A DNA stretch of 60,897 nt, the filler included. It is 6 parts of 6 records of this genome, joined end to end, with 100 filler letters (N's around TTAATTAATTAA, not from the genome) between each part and the next. Parts side by side here need not be neighbours in the genome. Positions count along the whole stretch, not along the records: positions 1 to 10,138 come from SRR2962707_3928; positions 10,239 to 20,002 come from SRR2962707_3930; 4 more parts are not named here. The stretch is one strand, 5' to 3'. The position numbers were made by a program, and so were the translations under genes. Below, one piece after another: positions 8,885 to 18,707 of this stretch (positions within the stretch are counted from its first letter, which is position 1; each line of letters starts with the position of its first letter). The notes below the pieces were generated by a model. That model was not told where the DNA came from. It did not search any database and was given only the letters and a program-made list of their open reading frames with translations.

Positions 8885-10138
8885 TCAGTCGGCCAGTTTG
8901 ACCAGCGCATGGCGTTTTTTGCCGGCGCTCAGCTTGACCGGCTGACGCAGTGCGCCCGCGTCCAGCATCAGACCCGCGTCGGTCAGCGGTTCATCGTCCA
9001 GCCGCGCGCCGTTTTCTGCGATCAGGCGCTTGGCCTCTTTGCCGGATTTTGCCAGCCCCGCGCGCACCAGCACCTGCACAATCGATATTCCGTCCCCGAT
9101 TTCACTGGCAATCAGCTCCAGCGTCGGCAGATCGTCCCCGGTGCCGCCGTGTATGAACACGTCGCGCGCCGTGGCTTCGGCCGTGGCGGCCGCATCTGCG
9201 CCGTGGCACAGGGTCGTGACCGCATTGGCAAGCACGATCTTGGCCTCGTTGATCTCGGATCCTTCAAGCGCGCCCAAACGATCGCACTCATCCACCGGCA
9301 TCTCGGTATAAAGCTTGAGGAACCGGCCCACATCCGCATCGGTGCTGTTGCGCCAAAACTGCCAGAATTCATAAGGACTACGCATGTCGGCATTCAACCA
9401 GACGGCGCCGTCCGCCGATTTGCCCATTTTCTTGCCGTCGCTGGTCGTCAGCAGCGGCGTAGTCAGGCCAAAGATCTGGTGATCCAGCACCCGGCGGGTG
9501 AGGTCAATACCATTGACAATGTTGCCCCACTGGTCCGATCCACCAAACTGGATAACGCAGCCATAGCGCCGATTAAGTTCAAGAAAATCATATGCTTGCA
9601 GAATCATATAGTTGAATTCAAGGAACGACAGAGATTGTTCCCGGTCAAGCCGCGACTTGACCGATTCAAAGCTCAGCATCCGGTTGATCGAAAAATGCCG
9701 CCCGATGTCGCGCAGAAAATCAAGGTAGTTGAGCTGATCCAGCCATTCCGCATTGTTCAACATCAGCGCCGGGGTGTCGGCGCGATCATAGTCAATATAT
9801 TTGGAAAACACCTGCTTGATGCCGTCGATGTTGTCATCGATCTGTTCGGGCGTCAGCAGCGGGCGTTCATCGGCCCGAAACGACGGATCGCCCACTTTGG
9901 TGGTGCCGCCACCCATCAGGGTGATCGGCTGATGGCCGGTTTTTTGCAGCCAGCGCAGCATCATGATCTGGATGAGTGATCCGACATGCAGCGATTTCGC
10001 CGTCGCGTCAAAGCCGATATAACCCGGCACCACCCCCTGCATCAGTGCCTCGTCAAGGCCCTGATAATCGGTGCAATCGGCCAGAAAGCCGCGCTCCATC
10101 ATGACATGCATGAAGTCCGATTTGGGATGGTAGGTCAT
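8885..10138 (-). CDS. tyrS: Tyrosine--tRNA ligase
   Basis: [17 protein letters not shown] (HIGH-type), [15 protein letters not shown]-terminal S4-like domain. Confidence 0.98.
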   Translation of the reverse strand: MTYHPKSDFMHVMMERGFLADCTDYQGLDEALMQGVVPGYIGFDATAKSLHVGSLIQIMMLRWLQKTGHQPITLMGGGTTKVGDPSFRADERPLLTPEQIDDNIDGIKQVFSKYIDYDRADTPALMLNNAEWLDQLNYLDFLRDIGRHFSINRMLSFESVKSRLDREQSLSFLEFNYMILQAYDFLELNRRYGCVIQFGGSDQWGNIVNGIDLTRRVLDHQIFGLTTPLLTTSDGKKMGKSADGAVWLNADMRSPYEFWQFWRNSTDADVGRFLKLYTEMPVDECDRLGALEGSEINEAKIVLANAVTTLCHGADAAATAEATARDVFIHGGTGDDLPTLELIASEIGDGISIVQVLVRAGLAKSGKEAKRLIAENGARLDDEPLTDAGLMLDAGALRQPVKLSAGKKRHALVKLAD

Positions 10139-10238
10139 NNNNNNNNNNNNNNNNNNNNNNNNNNNNNNNNNNNNNNNNNNNNTTAATTAATTAANNNNNN
10201 NNNNNNNNNNNNNNNNNNNNNNNNNNNNNNNNNNNNNN
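10139..10238. other. Artificial contig spacer
   Basis: 44 N + TTAATTAATTAA (stops in six frames) + 44 N. Confidence 0.99.
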
Positions 10239-10364
10239 CGCAAGTCGCTCAACGAGATCAAGGAAGTCCTTGCCCAGATGGGTCTCCATCTCGGTATGGA
10301 AGTGCCGAACTGGCCGCCGGAAAATATCGAAGAGCTGGCGAAGCGTTACGAAGACCAGTATTAA
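10239..10364 (+). CDS. rpoA: RNA polymerase alpha subunit, C-terminal fragment
   Basis: Translates [41 protein letters not shown]; directly upstream of rplQ. Confidence 0.95.
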
Positions 10365-10416
10365 GTGATCCACGCCGCGTCCTGAAGACGCCGCACTGAA
10401 CTGAGGAGAAGGGCCC

Positions 10417-10833
10417 ATGCGCCACGGAAATTCCGGCCGCAAGCTCAACAGGACCGCAAGCCACCGCAAAGCCATGTTCGCGAACATGGCGATCGCGCTC
10501 ATCAAGCATGAGCAGATCGTCACGACGCTGCCCAAGGCCAAGGAGCTTCGTCCTTACGTCGAAAAGCTCATCACGCTCGGCAAGCGGGGCGATCTGCATG
10601 CGCGCCGTCAGGCCTATGCGGCGCTGCCGGACAAGGTCTGGGCAGCCAAGCTGTTCGATGTGCTCGGGCCCCGTTATCAGGAGCGTCAGGGCGGTTACAT
10701 CCGCGTGCTGAAGGCGGGCTTCCGCCACGGCGACAGCGCGCCCATGGCGGTCATCGAATTCGTCGATCGCGACGAGAGCGCCAAGGGCCAGGATTCCGGT
10801 CCGGTGCAGGTCGAAGAGACGGAAGACGCCTGA
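10417..10833 (+). CDS. rplQ: 50S ribosomal protein L17
   Basis: [47 protein letters not shown]. Confidence 0.98.
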   Translation: MRHGNSGRKLNRTASHRKAMFANMAIALIKHEQIVTTLPKAKELRPYVEKLITLGKRGDLHARRQAYAALPDKVWAAKLFDVLGPRYQERQGGYIRVLKAGFRHGDSAPMAVIEFVDRDESAKGQDSGPVQVEETEDA

Positions 10834-10859
10834 TCCAATCGGGCTTCCTCGAAGAATTC

Positions 10860-10893
10860 AGGGCGGTGCCTCCGGGCGCCGCCCTTTTTCTTT
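10860..10893 (+). terminator. Rho-independent terminator after rplQ
   Basis: AGGGCGGTGCC-TCCG-GGCGCCGCCCT followed by a T run. Confidence 0.85.
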
Positions 10894-10905
10894 GCCTTCC
10901 CCTCT

Positions 10906-10929
10906 GTCGCTTCGCTCCTCGCAATGACG
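10906..10929 (-). repeat. Truncated remnant of an alphaproteobacterial palindromic repeat
   Basis: Minus strand reads CGTCATTGCGAGGAGCGAAGCGAC, the start of a common intergenic repeat (recognised from memory); partner arm absent. Confidence 0.5.
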
Positions 10930-11089
10930 ATGACAATTTGTTCGACATGACAGAGCCGTAACTGCGGAACGGCATTTGAGTCTTGTCAGGCTCTCTTCCC
11001 GCCCGCAGAATTTGGCCGCGGCAATTGTTTGGTGGGGCTTTGAGGCCAATGCCCGTCCTTCTTTCGGGACGCGCGTGATGGTGGTGGAA

Positions 11090-12538
11090 ATGTTGACGGA
11101 GTCTTCCTGGACGGGTGCGCTGGCAATGGCGCTCGCGGCTTTTCTTCTTGTTGCGGCCCTCGTGTTCGTTCCGTGGAGCGCCCGCGCTCAAGGCGGCGCC
11201 CAAGTTCCTTCCAGCCGCGCGGAGGTGCAGCTTTCCTATGCGCCGGTGGTGAAGCGCGTCGCGCCCGCCGTCGTCAATGTCTACACCAAGCGCGTGGTGA
11301 AGGAGCAGGCGCGCTCGCCCTTCCTCAACGATCCGTTCTTTCAGCAGTTCTTCGGCAACCGTTTCAGCTTCGGTGTGCCGCGCGAGCGGGTGCAGCAGTC
11401 GCTCGGTTCCGGCGTCATCGTCGATCCGTCCGGCCTCGTCGTTACCAACTATCACGTCATCAAGGATGGCGACCAGTTCACCATCGCCATGTCCGACCGG
11501 CGCGAATTTGAAGCGGAGCTTGTGCTCGCAGACGAGCGCACCGACCTCGCGGTGCTGCGCATCGGCAACGGCAAGGAGAAGCTGCCGCATCTCGCCTTCA
11601 AGAATTCCGATGCCGTCGAAGTCGGCGACCTCGTGCTTGCGATCGGCAATCCCTTCGGCGTCGGCCAGACCGTGACATCCGGCATCGTCTCCGCGCTCGC
11701 GCGCACGCATGTCGGCGTGTCCGACTATCAGTTTTTCATCCAGACGGATGCCGCGATCAATCCCGGCAATTCAGGCGGCGCGCTCGTCACGATGGACGGC
11801 AAGCTCATCGGCATCAACAGCGCCATTTATTCGCAGACCGGCGGCAGCATCGGCATCGGCTTTGCGATCCCCTCCAACATGGTCGAGAGTGTTGTCGCCT
11901 CCGCGCGCGACGGCGATCATGTGAAACGGCCATGGTTCGGCGCGGCGCTGCAGGTGGTCGACGCCGATCTTGCGCAATCGCTCGGGCTCGACAGGCCGGG
12001 CGGCAGTCTCATCCGCGATCTTCATGGCAGCAGCCCCGCCGCGAAGGCCGGGCTCAAGGTCGGCGACGTCATTCGCGCGGTCGATGGTTTCGACGTCGAA
12101 GACCCGCAGGCCGTGCGTTATCGTTTCGCGACCAAGGGTCTCGGCGGCAAGGCGAAGATCACCTATCTGCGTGACGGAAAATGGCGCGACACCGAAGTCG
12201 CGCTCCTCGCGCCGCCGGAAGAACCCGCCGCCGACGAAACCGAAATCGAAGGCCGCAATCCCTTCGCGGGCGCGACGGTCGCGAACCTCTCGCCCGCCAT
12301 CGCCGACAAGCTCGGCCTCGACACCATCGGCGAGAAGGGCGTGGTCGTCACGCAGGTGGTGCGGGGCTCGGCCGCGAACCAGATCCAGTTTCAGCGCGGC
12401 GACATCGTGGTGGAAGTCGCGGGGGTCAAGATCGGCAATGTCCGCGACCTCGTAAAGGTCACGAGCACGCGCCGCCCGCAATGGGACTTCTCGGTGAAGC
12501 GCGGCGATCGCGTCTTCTCGGCGACCGTCGGAGGGTAG
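11090..12538 (+). CDS. degQ: DegP/DegQ (HtrA) periplasmic serine protease with two PDZ domains
   Basis: Signal peptide ending ARA; GSGVI, VTNYHV, DLAVL, QTDAAINPGNSGGAL; start uncertain (11078, 11090 or 11126). Confidence 0.93.
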   Translation: MLTESSWTGALAMALAAFLLVAALVFVPWSARAQGGAQVPSSRAEVQLSYAPVVKRVAPAVVNVYTKRVVKEQARSPFLNDPFFQQFFGNRFSFGVPRERVQQSLGSGVIVDPSGLVVTNYHVIKDGDQFTIAMSDRREFEAELVLADERTDLAVLRIGNGKEKLPHLAFKNSDAVEVGDLVLAIGNPFGVGQTVTSGIVSALARTHVGVSDYQFFIQTDAAINPGNSGGALVTMDGKLIGINSAIYSQTGGSIGIGFAIPSNMVESVVASARDGDHVKRPWFGAALQVVDADLAQSLGLDRPGGSLIRDLHGSSPAAKAGLKVGDVIRAVDGFDVEDPQAVRYRFATKGLGGKAKITYLRDGKWRDTEVALLAPPEEPAADETEIEGRNPFAGATVANLSPAIADKLGLDTIGEKGVVVTQVVRGSAANQIQFQRGDIVVEVAGVKIGNVRDLVKVTSTRRPQWDFSVKRGDRVFSATVGG

Positions 12539-12541
12539 GGG

Positions 12542-13024
12542 CTACGAGGCCTCGTGCTCGCCCATCTGCGACTGGAGATAGTTCTCGAGGCCTACCGTCT
12601 TCACAAGCTCAAGCTGCGTCTCGAGGAAGTCGATGTGCTCTTCCTCGTCTTCCAGGATGCGCTCGAATATTTCGCGGCTGATATAGTCGCGTGACTGCTC
12701 GCACAGGGCGATGGCCTCCTTGTAGAAGGCGTGGCCCGCATATTCGAGCTTCAGATCGCATTCCATGCATTCGACAGCCGTCTCGCCGATCAGCAGCTTG
12801 TCGAGGTCCTGCAGGTTCGGCAGGCCCTCAAGAAACAGGATGCGCTCGATCAGCGTGTCGGCGTGCTTCATCTCGTCGATGGATTCGCGGTACTCGACCT
12901 CGCCCAGCCGCTTCAGGCCCCAGTTCCTGAACATGCGCGCATGCAGGAAATACTGATTGATGGCGGTCAGCTCCATCTTCAGGGCCTTGTTCAGATATTC
13001 GATGACCTTGGCGTCGCCGCGCAT
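12542..13024 (-). CDS. bfr: Bacterioferritin
   Basis: [41 protein letters not shown]. Confidence 0.97.
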   Translation of the reverse strand: MRGDAKVIEYLNKALKMELTAINQYFLHARMFRNWGLKRLGEVEYRESIDEMKHADTLIERILFLEGLPNLQDLDKLLIGETAVECMECDLKLEYAGHAFYKEAIALCEQSRDYISREIFERILEDEEEHIDFLETQLELVKTVGLENYLQSQMGEHEAS

Positions 13025-13117
13025 GTTGGACCTCTTTCAACCGACTCGTTCCACAAGAGTAGGCCGAAGCGCGCACAGGTCAAACCTGCATTCAAAAAAA
13101 CGCAGTAAAAACAATTA

Positions 13118-13148
13118 GTTGCGAATGCTTTTGAGAGTATTTCTCGTT
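13118..13148. promoter_or_regulatory. Candidate overlapping Fur-like boxes upstream of bfr
   Basis: GTTGCGAATGCTTTTGAGA and TTTGAGAGTATTTCTCGTT in an AT-rich gap. Confidence 0.45.
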
Positions 13149-13354
13149 TAGTCCGCGGCGGCCATGGCCGTCACGAGGACGTTCTCGGCGCGCGCTTCCT
13201 CGATGAGGCTGGCGATGGCGGGGAGGCAGCGGCCGCATTGCGGCTTGCAGCCCATGGCGCGGTGCGCGGCGGCGGGCGTGTCGATATGCGGGCCCTGGGC
13301 CACGACTTCGCGCACGGTCCGGCAGTTCTTGGCATTGCACACGCAAACGATCAT
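13148..13354 (-). CDS. bfd: Bacterioferritin-associated ferredoxin ([2Fe-2S])
   Basis: MIVCVCN...QCGRC; adjacent to bfr; ATG at 13354. Confidence 0.9.
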   Translation of the reverse strand: MIVCVCNAKNCRTVREVVAQGPHIDTPAAAHRAMGCKPQCGRCLPAIASLIEEARAENVLVTAMAAAD

Positions 13355-13425
13355 CTGGATCTGTTTCCCGCCCGGCTTTTCGCCTGTTTCCTGCCGTTTT
13401 CCAGCAGGGTGCAAAACATGCCATC

Positions 13426-13444
13426 CATGCGAATGGTTTGCAAT
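13426..13444. promoter_or_regulatory. Candidate Fur/Mur-type 19-bp box upstream of bfd
   Basis: CATGCGAATGGTTTGCAAT imperfect palindrome ~70 bp upstream of the bfd ATG. Confidence 0.6.
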
Positions 13445-13542
13445 AGCGATGTAACTGACTCTCGCTCGCAAATTGTCGCAGCAGGGCGCGCGGGCGTGAG
13501 GAGGCCCATGAGAAGGCTGGGGAAACGTGCTAAACAGCGGCC

Positions 13543-14847
13543 ATGAGCAGTCTTTTCGAAGCCGCCGGCATGGACGAGGGAGCTCCGCGCCCCCTCGCGG
13601 ACCGGTTGCGCCCGAAGGTGCTCGAGGAAGTCGTGGGGCAGGAGCATCTGATCGGGCCGAAGGGGCCGCTCGGCCGCATGCTCGCGCAGGGCCATCTTTC
13701 CTCCGTCGTCTTCTGGGGTCCGCCCGGCACCGGCAAGACCACCATCGCGCGTCTCCTCGCCGACAAGGTCGGGCTTCATTTCGAGCCCATGTCGGCGATC
13801 TTTTCCGGCGTTGCCGATCTCAAGAAGATATTCGAGGCTGCGCGCGGCCGCCGCCAGACCGGCAAAGGCACGCTTCTCTTCGTCGACGAGATCCATCGCT
13901 TCAACCGCGCGCAGCAGGACAGTTTCCTCCCCGTCATGGAGGACGGCACGGTGACGCTGGTCGGCGCCACCACCGAGAACCCGTCTTTTGAGTTGAACGC
14001 CGCGCTGCTCTCGCGCGCGCAGGTCATGGTGCTGAACCGGCTCGACGATGCTGCGCTCGAAGAATTGCTCTCCCGCGCGGAGGCCCATTACGGCGAGCCC
14101 CTGCCGCTGACGGACGATGCCCGCGCTTCGCTCCGCGCAATGGCCGATGGCGACGGGCGCTACGCGCTCAATCTCGCCGAAGAAGTTCACGCCCTCAGCC
14201 CGCCGGAGCCTCTCGACACCGCCGCGCTCATCACTGCCGTGCAGCGCCGTGCGCCTCTCTACGACAAGGGCCGGGAAGGGCACTACAATCTCGTCAGTGC
14301 GCTCCACAAGTCGATCCGCGGATCGGACTGCGACGCCGCGCTCTACTGGCTTGCCCGCATGCTGGTCGGCGGCGAGGAACCGCTCTACATCGCGCGCCGG
14401 CTGGTCCGCGCCGCCATCGAGGATATCGGCCTTGCCGATCCCGAAGCCGTGCATCAGGCGCTGGCCGCAAAGGACGTGTTCGATTTTCTTGGTGCCCCGG
14501 AGGGCGAACTCGCGCTCGCTCAAGCGACGATCTATCTCGCCACCGCGCCGAAATCGAACGCCGCCTATGCCGCCTTCGGTGCGGCGAAGCGTTCGGCGCG
14601 CGACACCGGCTCCGTCGCTCCGCCCGCGCACATCCTCAATGCGCCGACAAAGCTCATGAAAGAGCTTGGCTATGGCGCCGGCTACGAATACGACCATGAC
14701 GCGCCGCAGGCCTTCTCCGGCCAGGATTATTTCCCGGAGGAAGTCGGGCGTCAGGAATTCTACCAGCCGGTCGAGCGCGGTTTCGAGCGCGAGATCGGCA
14801 AGCGGCTCGCCTACTGGCGCAAGCTCAGGGAAGAGAGAGACGAATGA
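13543..14847 (+). CDS. rarA: Replication-associated recombination protein A (RarA/MgsA)
   Basis: PLADRLRP, WGPPGTGKTT, FVDEIHRFNRAQQD, GATTENPSF, SALHKSIRGSD. Confidence 0.97.
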   Translation: MSSLFEAAGMDEGAPRPLADRLRPKVLEEVVGQEHLIGPKGPLGRMLAQGHLSSVVFWGPPGTGKTTIARLLADKVGLHFEPMSAIFSGVADLKKIFEAARGRRQTGKGTLLFVDEIHRFNRAQQDSFLPVMEDGTVTLVGATTENPSFELNAALLSRAQVMVLNRLDDAALEELLSRAEAHYGEPLPLTDDARASLRAMADGDGRYALNLAEEVHALSPPEPLDTAALITAVQRRAPLYDKGREGHYNLVSALHKSIRGSDCDAALYWLARMLVGGEEPLYIARRLVRAAIEDIGLADPEAVHQALAAKDVFDFLGAPEGELALAQATIYLATAPKSNAAYAAFGAAKRSARDTGSVAPPAHILNAPTKLMKELGYGAGYEYDHDAPQAFSGQDYFPEEVGRQEFYQPVERGFEREIGKRLAYWRKLREERDE

Positions 14848-15227
14848 ATACACTTCTCGCGGTTGCGGCGGGCGGCGCCATCGGCGCGGGCGCGCGGCAC
14901 CTGTTCAACATGCAGATGCTGCGTCTCTTCGGGCCGAACTTTCCCTGGGGCACGTTCGGGGTGAATGTCATCGGTTCGCTGCTGATGGGGCTCGCCGTCG
15001 GTCTCTTCGCGCTGAAGCTCGACCTGTCGCCTGAAGCGCGCAGCTTCATCACGACAGGTATTCTCGGCGGCTTCACCACTTTCTCCGCCTTCTCGCTCGA
15101 TGCGATGAACATGATCGAGCGCGGAGACATGGGGCTCGCGCTCGCCTATATGGGCGGCTCCGTTGTGCTCGGCCTTACCGCGCTGTTCGCGGGACTCCTC
15201 ATCATGAGAGCGGTGTTTCCGGCATGA
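14844..15227 (+). CDS. crcB: Fluoride efflux channel Fluc/CrcB
   Basis: GGAIGAGAR, FPWGTFGVNVIGS, GILGGFTTFSAF. Confidence 0.96.
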   Translation: MNTLLAVAAGGAIGAGARHLFNMQMLRLFGPNFPWGTFGVNVIGSLLMGLAVGLFALKLDLSPEARSFITTGILGGFTTFSAFSLDAMNMIERGDMGLALAYMGGSVVLGLTALFAGLLIMRAVFPA

Positions 15228-16216
15228 ATGAAGTCTCACAAATAGGCGTCACCGACGAGGAAGACGGGATACGGCTCGACCGCTGGTTCAAGCGGCGCTA
15301 CCCGATGCTGACGCATGGCCGTCTCGAAAAGCTGCTGCGAACCGGGCAGGTCCGCGTCGACGGCGCGCGCGCAAAAGCGAATGTGCGTCTCGCGACCGGG
15401 CAGACGGTTCGCGTGCCGCCGCTCGGCGACGACGCGGAGAAGCTTGCACCGAAGGCAGTTCATGCGCCGAGCGCCAGCGACGCCGACATGATCCGCGCGG
15501 CGGTCATCCACAAGGACAAGTCCGTCATTGTGCTGAACAAGCCAGCCGGTCTCGCCGTCCAGGGCGGCACCAAGACCGAGCGCCACCTCGACGGCATGCT
15601 CGACGCCCTCACTTTCGAGGCGAAAGAACGTCCCCGTCTCGTTCACCGGCTCGACCGGGACACCTCCGGCGTTCTCGTGCTGGCGCGCACGGCCAAGGCC
15701 GCTGCCGCGCTCGCGCAGGCGTTCAAGCAGAAGGATGCGCGCAAGATTTACTGGGCGCTTGTCGTCGGTGTGCCGGTGCCGCGTCAGGGCACGATCAATC
15801 TCTGGCTCACCAAGGAAGGCGGGCCGCGCGCGGAGCGCGTCTTCGCGGCGAAGAAGGGCGACGAGGGCGCGCGCGACGCCTCCACGCATTTCGCAACCGT
15901 TTCCATGGCCGCGCACAAGCTCGCCTGGGTCGCCTTCATGCCGCTCACGGGCCGCACGCACCAGATCCGCGTTCATGCCTCCGCCATCGAAACGCCCATC
16001 GTCGGCGACGGAAAATATGGTGGCGTCACCGCGCATCCCGGCGGCGAAATCCCGCGCCAGCTTCATCTCCACGCCCGCTCCCTCGACATCGCGCATCCCG
16101 ATGGCGGCCGTCTCTTTCTCGAAGCGGAACTGCCGCCGCATATGAAGGCAAGCTGGAAACTTTTGGGGTTCGACGAACGCGATGCGAAGGACGCCTTCGC
16201 AGGGCTGGAAGAATGA
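15224..16216 (+). CDS. RluA-family pseudouridine synthase with S4 domain (RluC-like)
   Basis: RLDRWF, NKPAGLAVQGG, HRLDRDTSG, TGRTHQIRVH. Confidence 0.94.
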   Translation: MNEVSQIGVTDEEDGIRLDRWFKRRYPMLTHGRLEKLLRTGQVRVDGARAKANVRLATGQTVRVPPLGDDAEKLAPKAVHAPSASDADMIRAAVIHKDKSVIVLNKPAGLAVQGGTKTERHLDGMLDALTFEAKERPRLVHRLDRDTSGVLVLARTAKAAAALAQAFKQKDARKIYWALVVGVPVPRQGTINLWLTKEGGPRAERVFAAKKGDEGARDASTHFATVSMAAHKLAWVAFMPLTGRTHQIRVHASAIETPIVGDGKYGGVTAHPGGEIPRQLHLHARSLDIAHPDGGRLFLEAELPPHMKASWKLLGFDERDAKDAFAGLEE

Positions 16217-16923
16217 GTAATGCCCTCCGCCTTGTCGTCTTCGATTGCGACGGTACGCTGATCGACAGCCAGCACATGATCGTGGCGGCGATGAACCACG
16301 CCTTCGATGCGCATGGCCTCGAAAACCTGCCGCGCGAGAAGGTGCTGTCCATTGTCGGGCTTTCGCTCGCCGAGGCGATCCATGCGCTTGTGCCGCATGT
16401 CGATGCCGAGCTTCGCGCCCGCGTCACCGAGAGCTACAAGGGGGCCTTTCATGAACTGCGCGCCCGCAAGGATCTTGTCGAGCCACTTTTCCCCGGCGTG
16501 CGCGAGGCGCTCGATGCGCTCGCTCTTCGTGACGACACCGTGCTCGGCATCGCCACCGGCAAGTCGCAGCGCGGCCTTGCCCATGCCCTCGAAGCCCATG
16601 GACTTCGCGACTATTTCGTGACGTTGCAGACGGCCGACGATGCGCCCTCGAAGCCGCACCCTGAAATGCTGCGCCGCGCCATGAACGACACGGGCGCTAT
16701 CCCCGCCGATACGGTTCTGGTCGGCGATACGAGCTACGACATGGAAATGGCCCGCGCTGCCGGGGCCCATGCGTTCGGCGTCGATTGGGGCTATCATGCG
16801 CCTGCCATATTGCAGGCTGCGGGAGCCCGTCTGGTGCTCGGGTCGTTCGCCGGGCTCGCCCCCGCGCTCGATGCGACATGGCCCGTCAAAGCGAACAGTC
16901 AGGCCGCCGCCGGAGGGGCATGA
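16213..16923 (+). CDS. HAD-IA family hydrolase (phosphoglycolate phosphatase-like)
   Basis: FDCDGTLIDS, ATGK, SKPHP, VGDTSYD. Confidence 0.92.
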   Translation: MSNALRLVVFDCDGTLIDSQHMIVAAMNHAFDAHGLENLPREKVLSIVGLSLAEAIHALVPHVDAELRARVTESYKGAFHELRARKDLVEPLFPGVREALDALALRDDTVLGIATGKSQRGLAHALEAHGLRDYFVTLQTADDAPSKPHPEMLRRAMNDTGAIPADTVLVGDTSYDMEMARAAGAHAFGVDWGYHAPAILQAAGARLVLGSFAGLAPALDATWPVKANSQAAAGGA

Positions 16924-18707
16924 GACCCATGGGAAAATTTCTTCGCTTCCTCGTTATTCTCGCCGTGCTTCTCGCGGGCGGGCTTTACGCGCTCACCTTT
17001 GTCGACCTCGGCCGCTTCGGGCCGCAGATCGAAACAGCGGCGCGCGACGCAACGGGCCGTACCCTGAAGATCGAAGGCCCGCTGCATATCGGTTTCTCTC
17101 TGGTGCCCACCATCGTTGCGGAGAAGGTCAGCTTCTCGAATGCGGAGTGGGGCACCAAGCCGCAGATGCTTACCGCCGACAAGCTCGCGCTTCAGGTTGC
17201 GCTTCTGCCGCTTCTCTCCAGCAGCATCGATGTCCGCAGCGTCACCATCGAAGGCGCGGACATCTTCCTTGAAACGGACCGCAAGGGCCGCGGTAACTGG
17301 GAGTTCGGCGACGCGACAGCCGCGCCCGCCGCGCCGGAAGACGACGCCAGCGGCGGCATGTCGCTCGCCGGTCTGCCGGAGCTCAATGTTTCCGATTTCC
17401 ACCTCGCTTACCGCGACGGCGAAACCGGCCAGGTGTCGGAAGCGGCCTTCGATGAAGTGTCGCTCGCCTCGCAGGGTGGCGGCTATCATGCGGTGATCGA
17501 GGGCGAGGTGAACGGCTCGCCCGTTTCCTTCTCCGCAGATGTGTCCGGCGGCACGGAAGAAGCCTCGCTCAACAACGCATCGCTCACGGTGGCAGGCACG
17601 AGCATCGGCGGCGACCTCAAGCTCGACCTTCGGGGCAAGCCGAAGCTCACGGGCGCGCTTGCGAGCCCCGCCTTCGACGTTACCCCCTTCCTCAAGGGCG
17701 AGGGCGCCCCAAATAACAAAAATGGCAGCGGCGGTCCGCTCTTCAGCAAGGACCCCTTGCCGCTCGACGCGCTCACCGTCGCCGATGCGGACCTGTCTCT
17801 CGCGCTCGACGAATTGCGCTATGGCAAGGTCACGCTGACCTCGCTCAAACTTCCGGTGAAGATCGACGGCGGCAAGCTCTCCGCGCCGCTCACCGCTCAG
17901 TATCGCGGCAGGCCGATCAAGCTTGCGCTCGGCGCCGATGGCGCGCGCGGCAGCGTGTCCGTCGATGCGGACGCCGCCAATTTCGACTTGGGCAAGCTCC
18001 TCACCGATCTGGACCTAACGACCATGCTGAACGCGAATGCTGATTTCAGCGCGAAGCTGAAGGGGCAGGGCAAGTCGCTCCATGCGATTGCCTCGTCTCT
18101 CGGCGGCCAGACCAATCTCGTCATCGGCAAGGGCACGATCAATTCGCGTGCCTTCGCCATCGTTTCGGACGATCTCGTGAAGGTGCTGATTCCGTCGGGC
18201 GAGAGCGGCGACACGGCCTCGCTCACCTGCGCCATCTCGCGCTTTGATTTCTCGGGGGGCGTCGGCAAGGCGTCCGCGCTTGCGCTCGAAACATCGAGCC
18301 TCATCACCACAGGCTCCGGCACCGTCAATCTCGGCACCGAGCGGATCGACCTTCTGTTCAAGCCGAAGCCAAAGAAAGCGAGCCTCGTGAGCCTCGCCTT
18401 CCCGGTGCGTCTCTCGGGTCCGCTCACCTCGCCGTCCGCCGGTCTCGACAAGACGGGCGTCGCCACGAGTGTCGCCACCGCCGTCGGCGGCGCGGCTCTC
18501 ACGGGCGGCCTCGGCGCGCTCCTGCCGCTCATGAGTACGGGTTCGGACTCGGTTGCTTCCGGCGGCGAATGCGGCGCGGCGGCGGCTGCGGCGAGTTCGG
18601 GCGGTGTCGTCGGCACGGTCGGCGGCGCGGCGGAAGGTGCCGCCAAGGGCGCGGGCGACGTGCTCGAAGGTATCGGCAAAGGCATCGGCGGCATATTCGG
18701 GCGGTAA
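16920..18707 (+). CDS. AsmA-family protein
   Basis: N-terminal TM anchor, ATGRTLKIEG, LETDRKGRGNW, beta-rich body, Gly-rich C-terminus; start 16920 or 16929. Confidence 0.85.
   Translation: MRPMGKFLRFLVILAVLLAGGLYALTFVDLGRFGPQIETAARDATGRTLKIEGPLHIGFSLVPTIVAEKVSFSNAEWGTKPQMLTADKLALQVALLPLLSSSIDVRSVTIEGADIFLETDRKGRGNWEFGDATAAPAAPEDDASGGMSLAGLPELNVSDFHLAYRDGETGQVSEAAFDEVSLASQGGGYHAVIEGEVNGSPVSFSADVSGGTEEASLNNASLTVAGTSIGGDLKLDLRGKPKLTGALASPAFDVTPFLKGEGAPNNKNGSGGPLFSKDPLPLDALTVADADLSLALDELRYGKVTLTSLKLPVKIDGGKLSAPLTAQYRGRPIKLALGADGARGSVSVDADAANFDLGKLLTDLDLTTMLNANADFSAKLKGQGKSLHAIASSLGGQTNLVIGKGTINSRAFAIVSDDLVKVLIPSGESGDTASLTCAISRFDFSGGVGKASALALETSSLITTGSGTVNLGTERIDLLFKPKPKKASLVSLAFPVRLSGPLTSPSAGLDKTGVATSVATAVGGAALTGGLGALLPLMSTGSDSVASGGECGAAAAAASSGGVVGTVGGAAEGAAKGAGDVLEGIGKGIGGIFGR

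Noticed and set aside
14780-14847. Fluoride riboswitch before crcB
   Set aside because: crcB overlaps the rarA stop codon; there is no leader to hold one.
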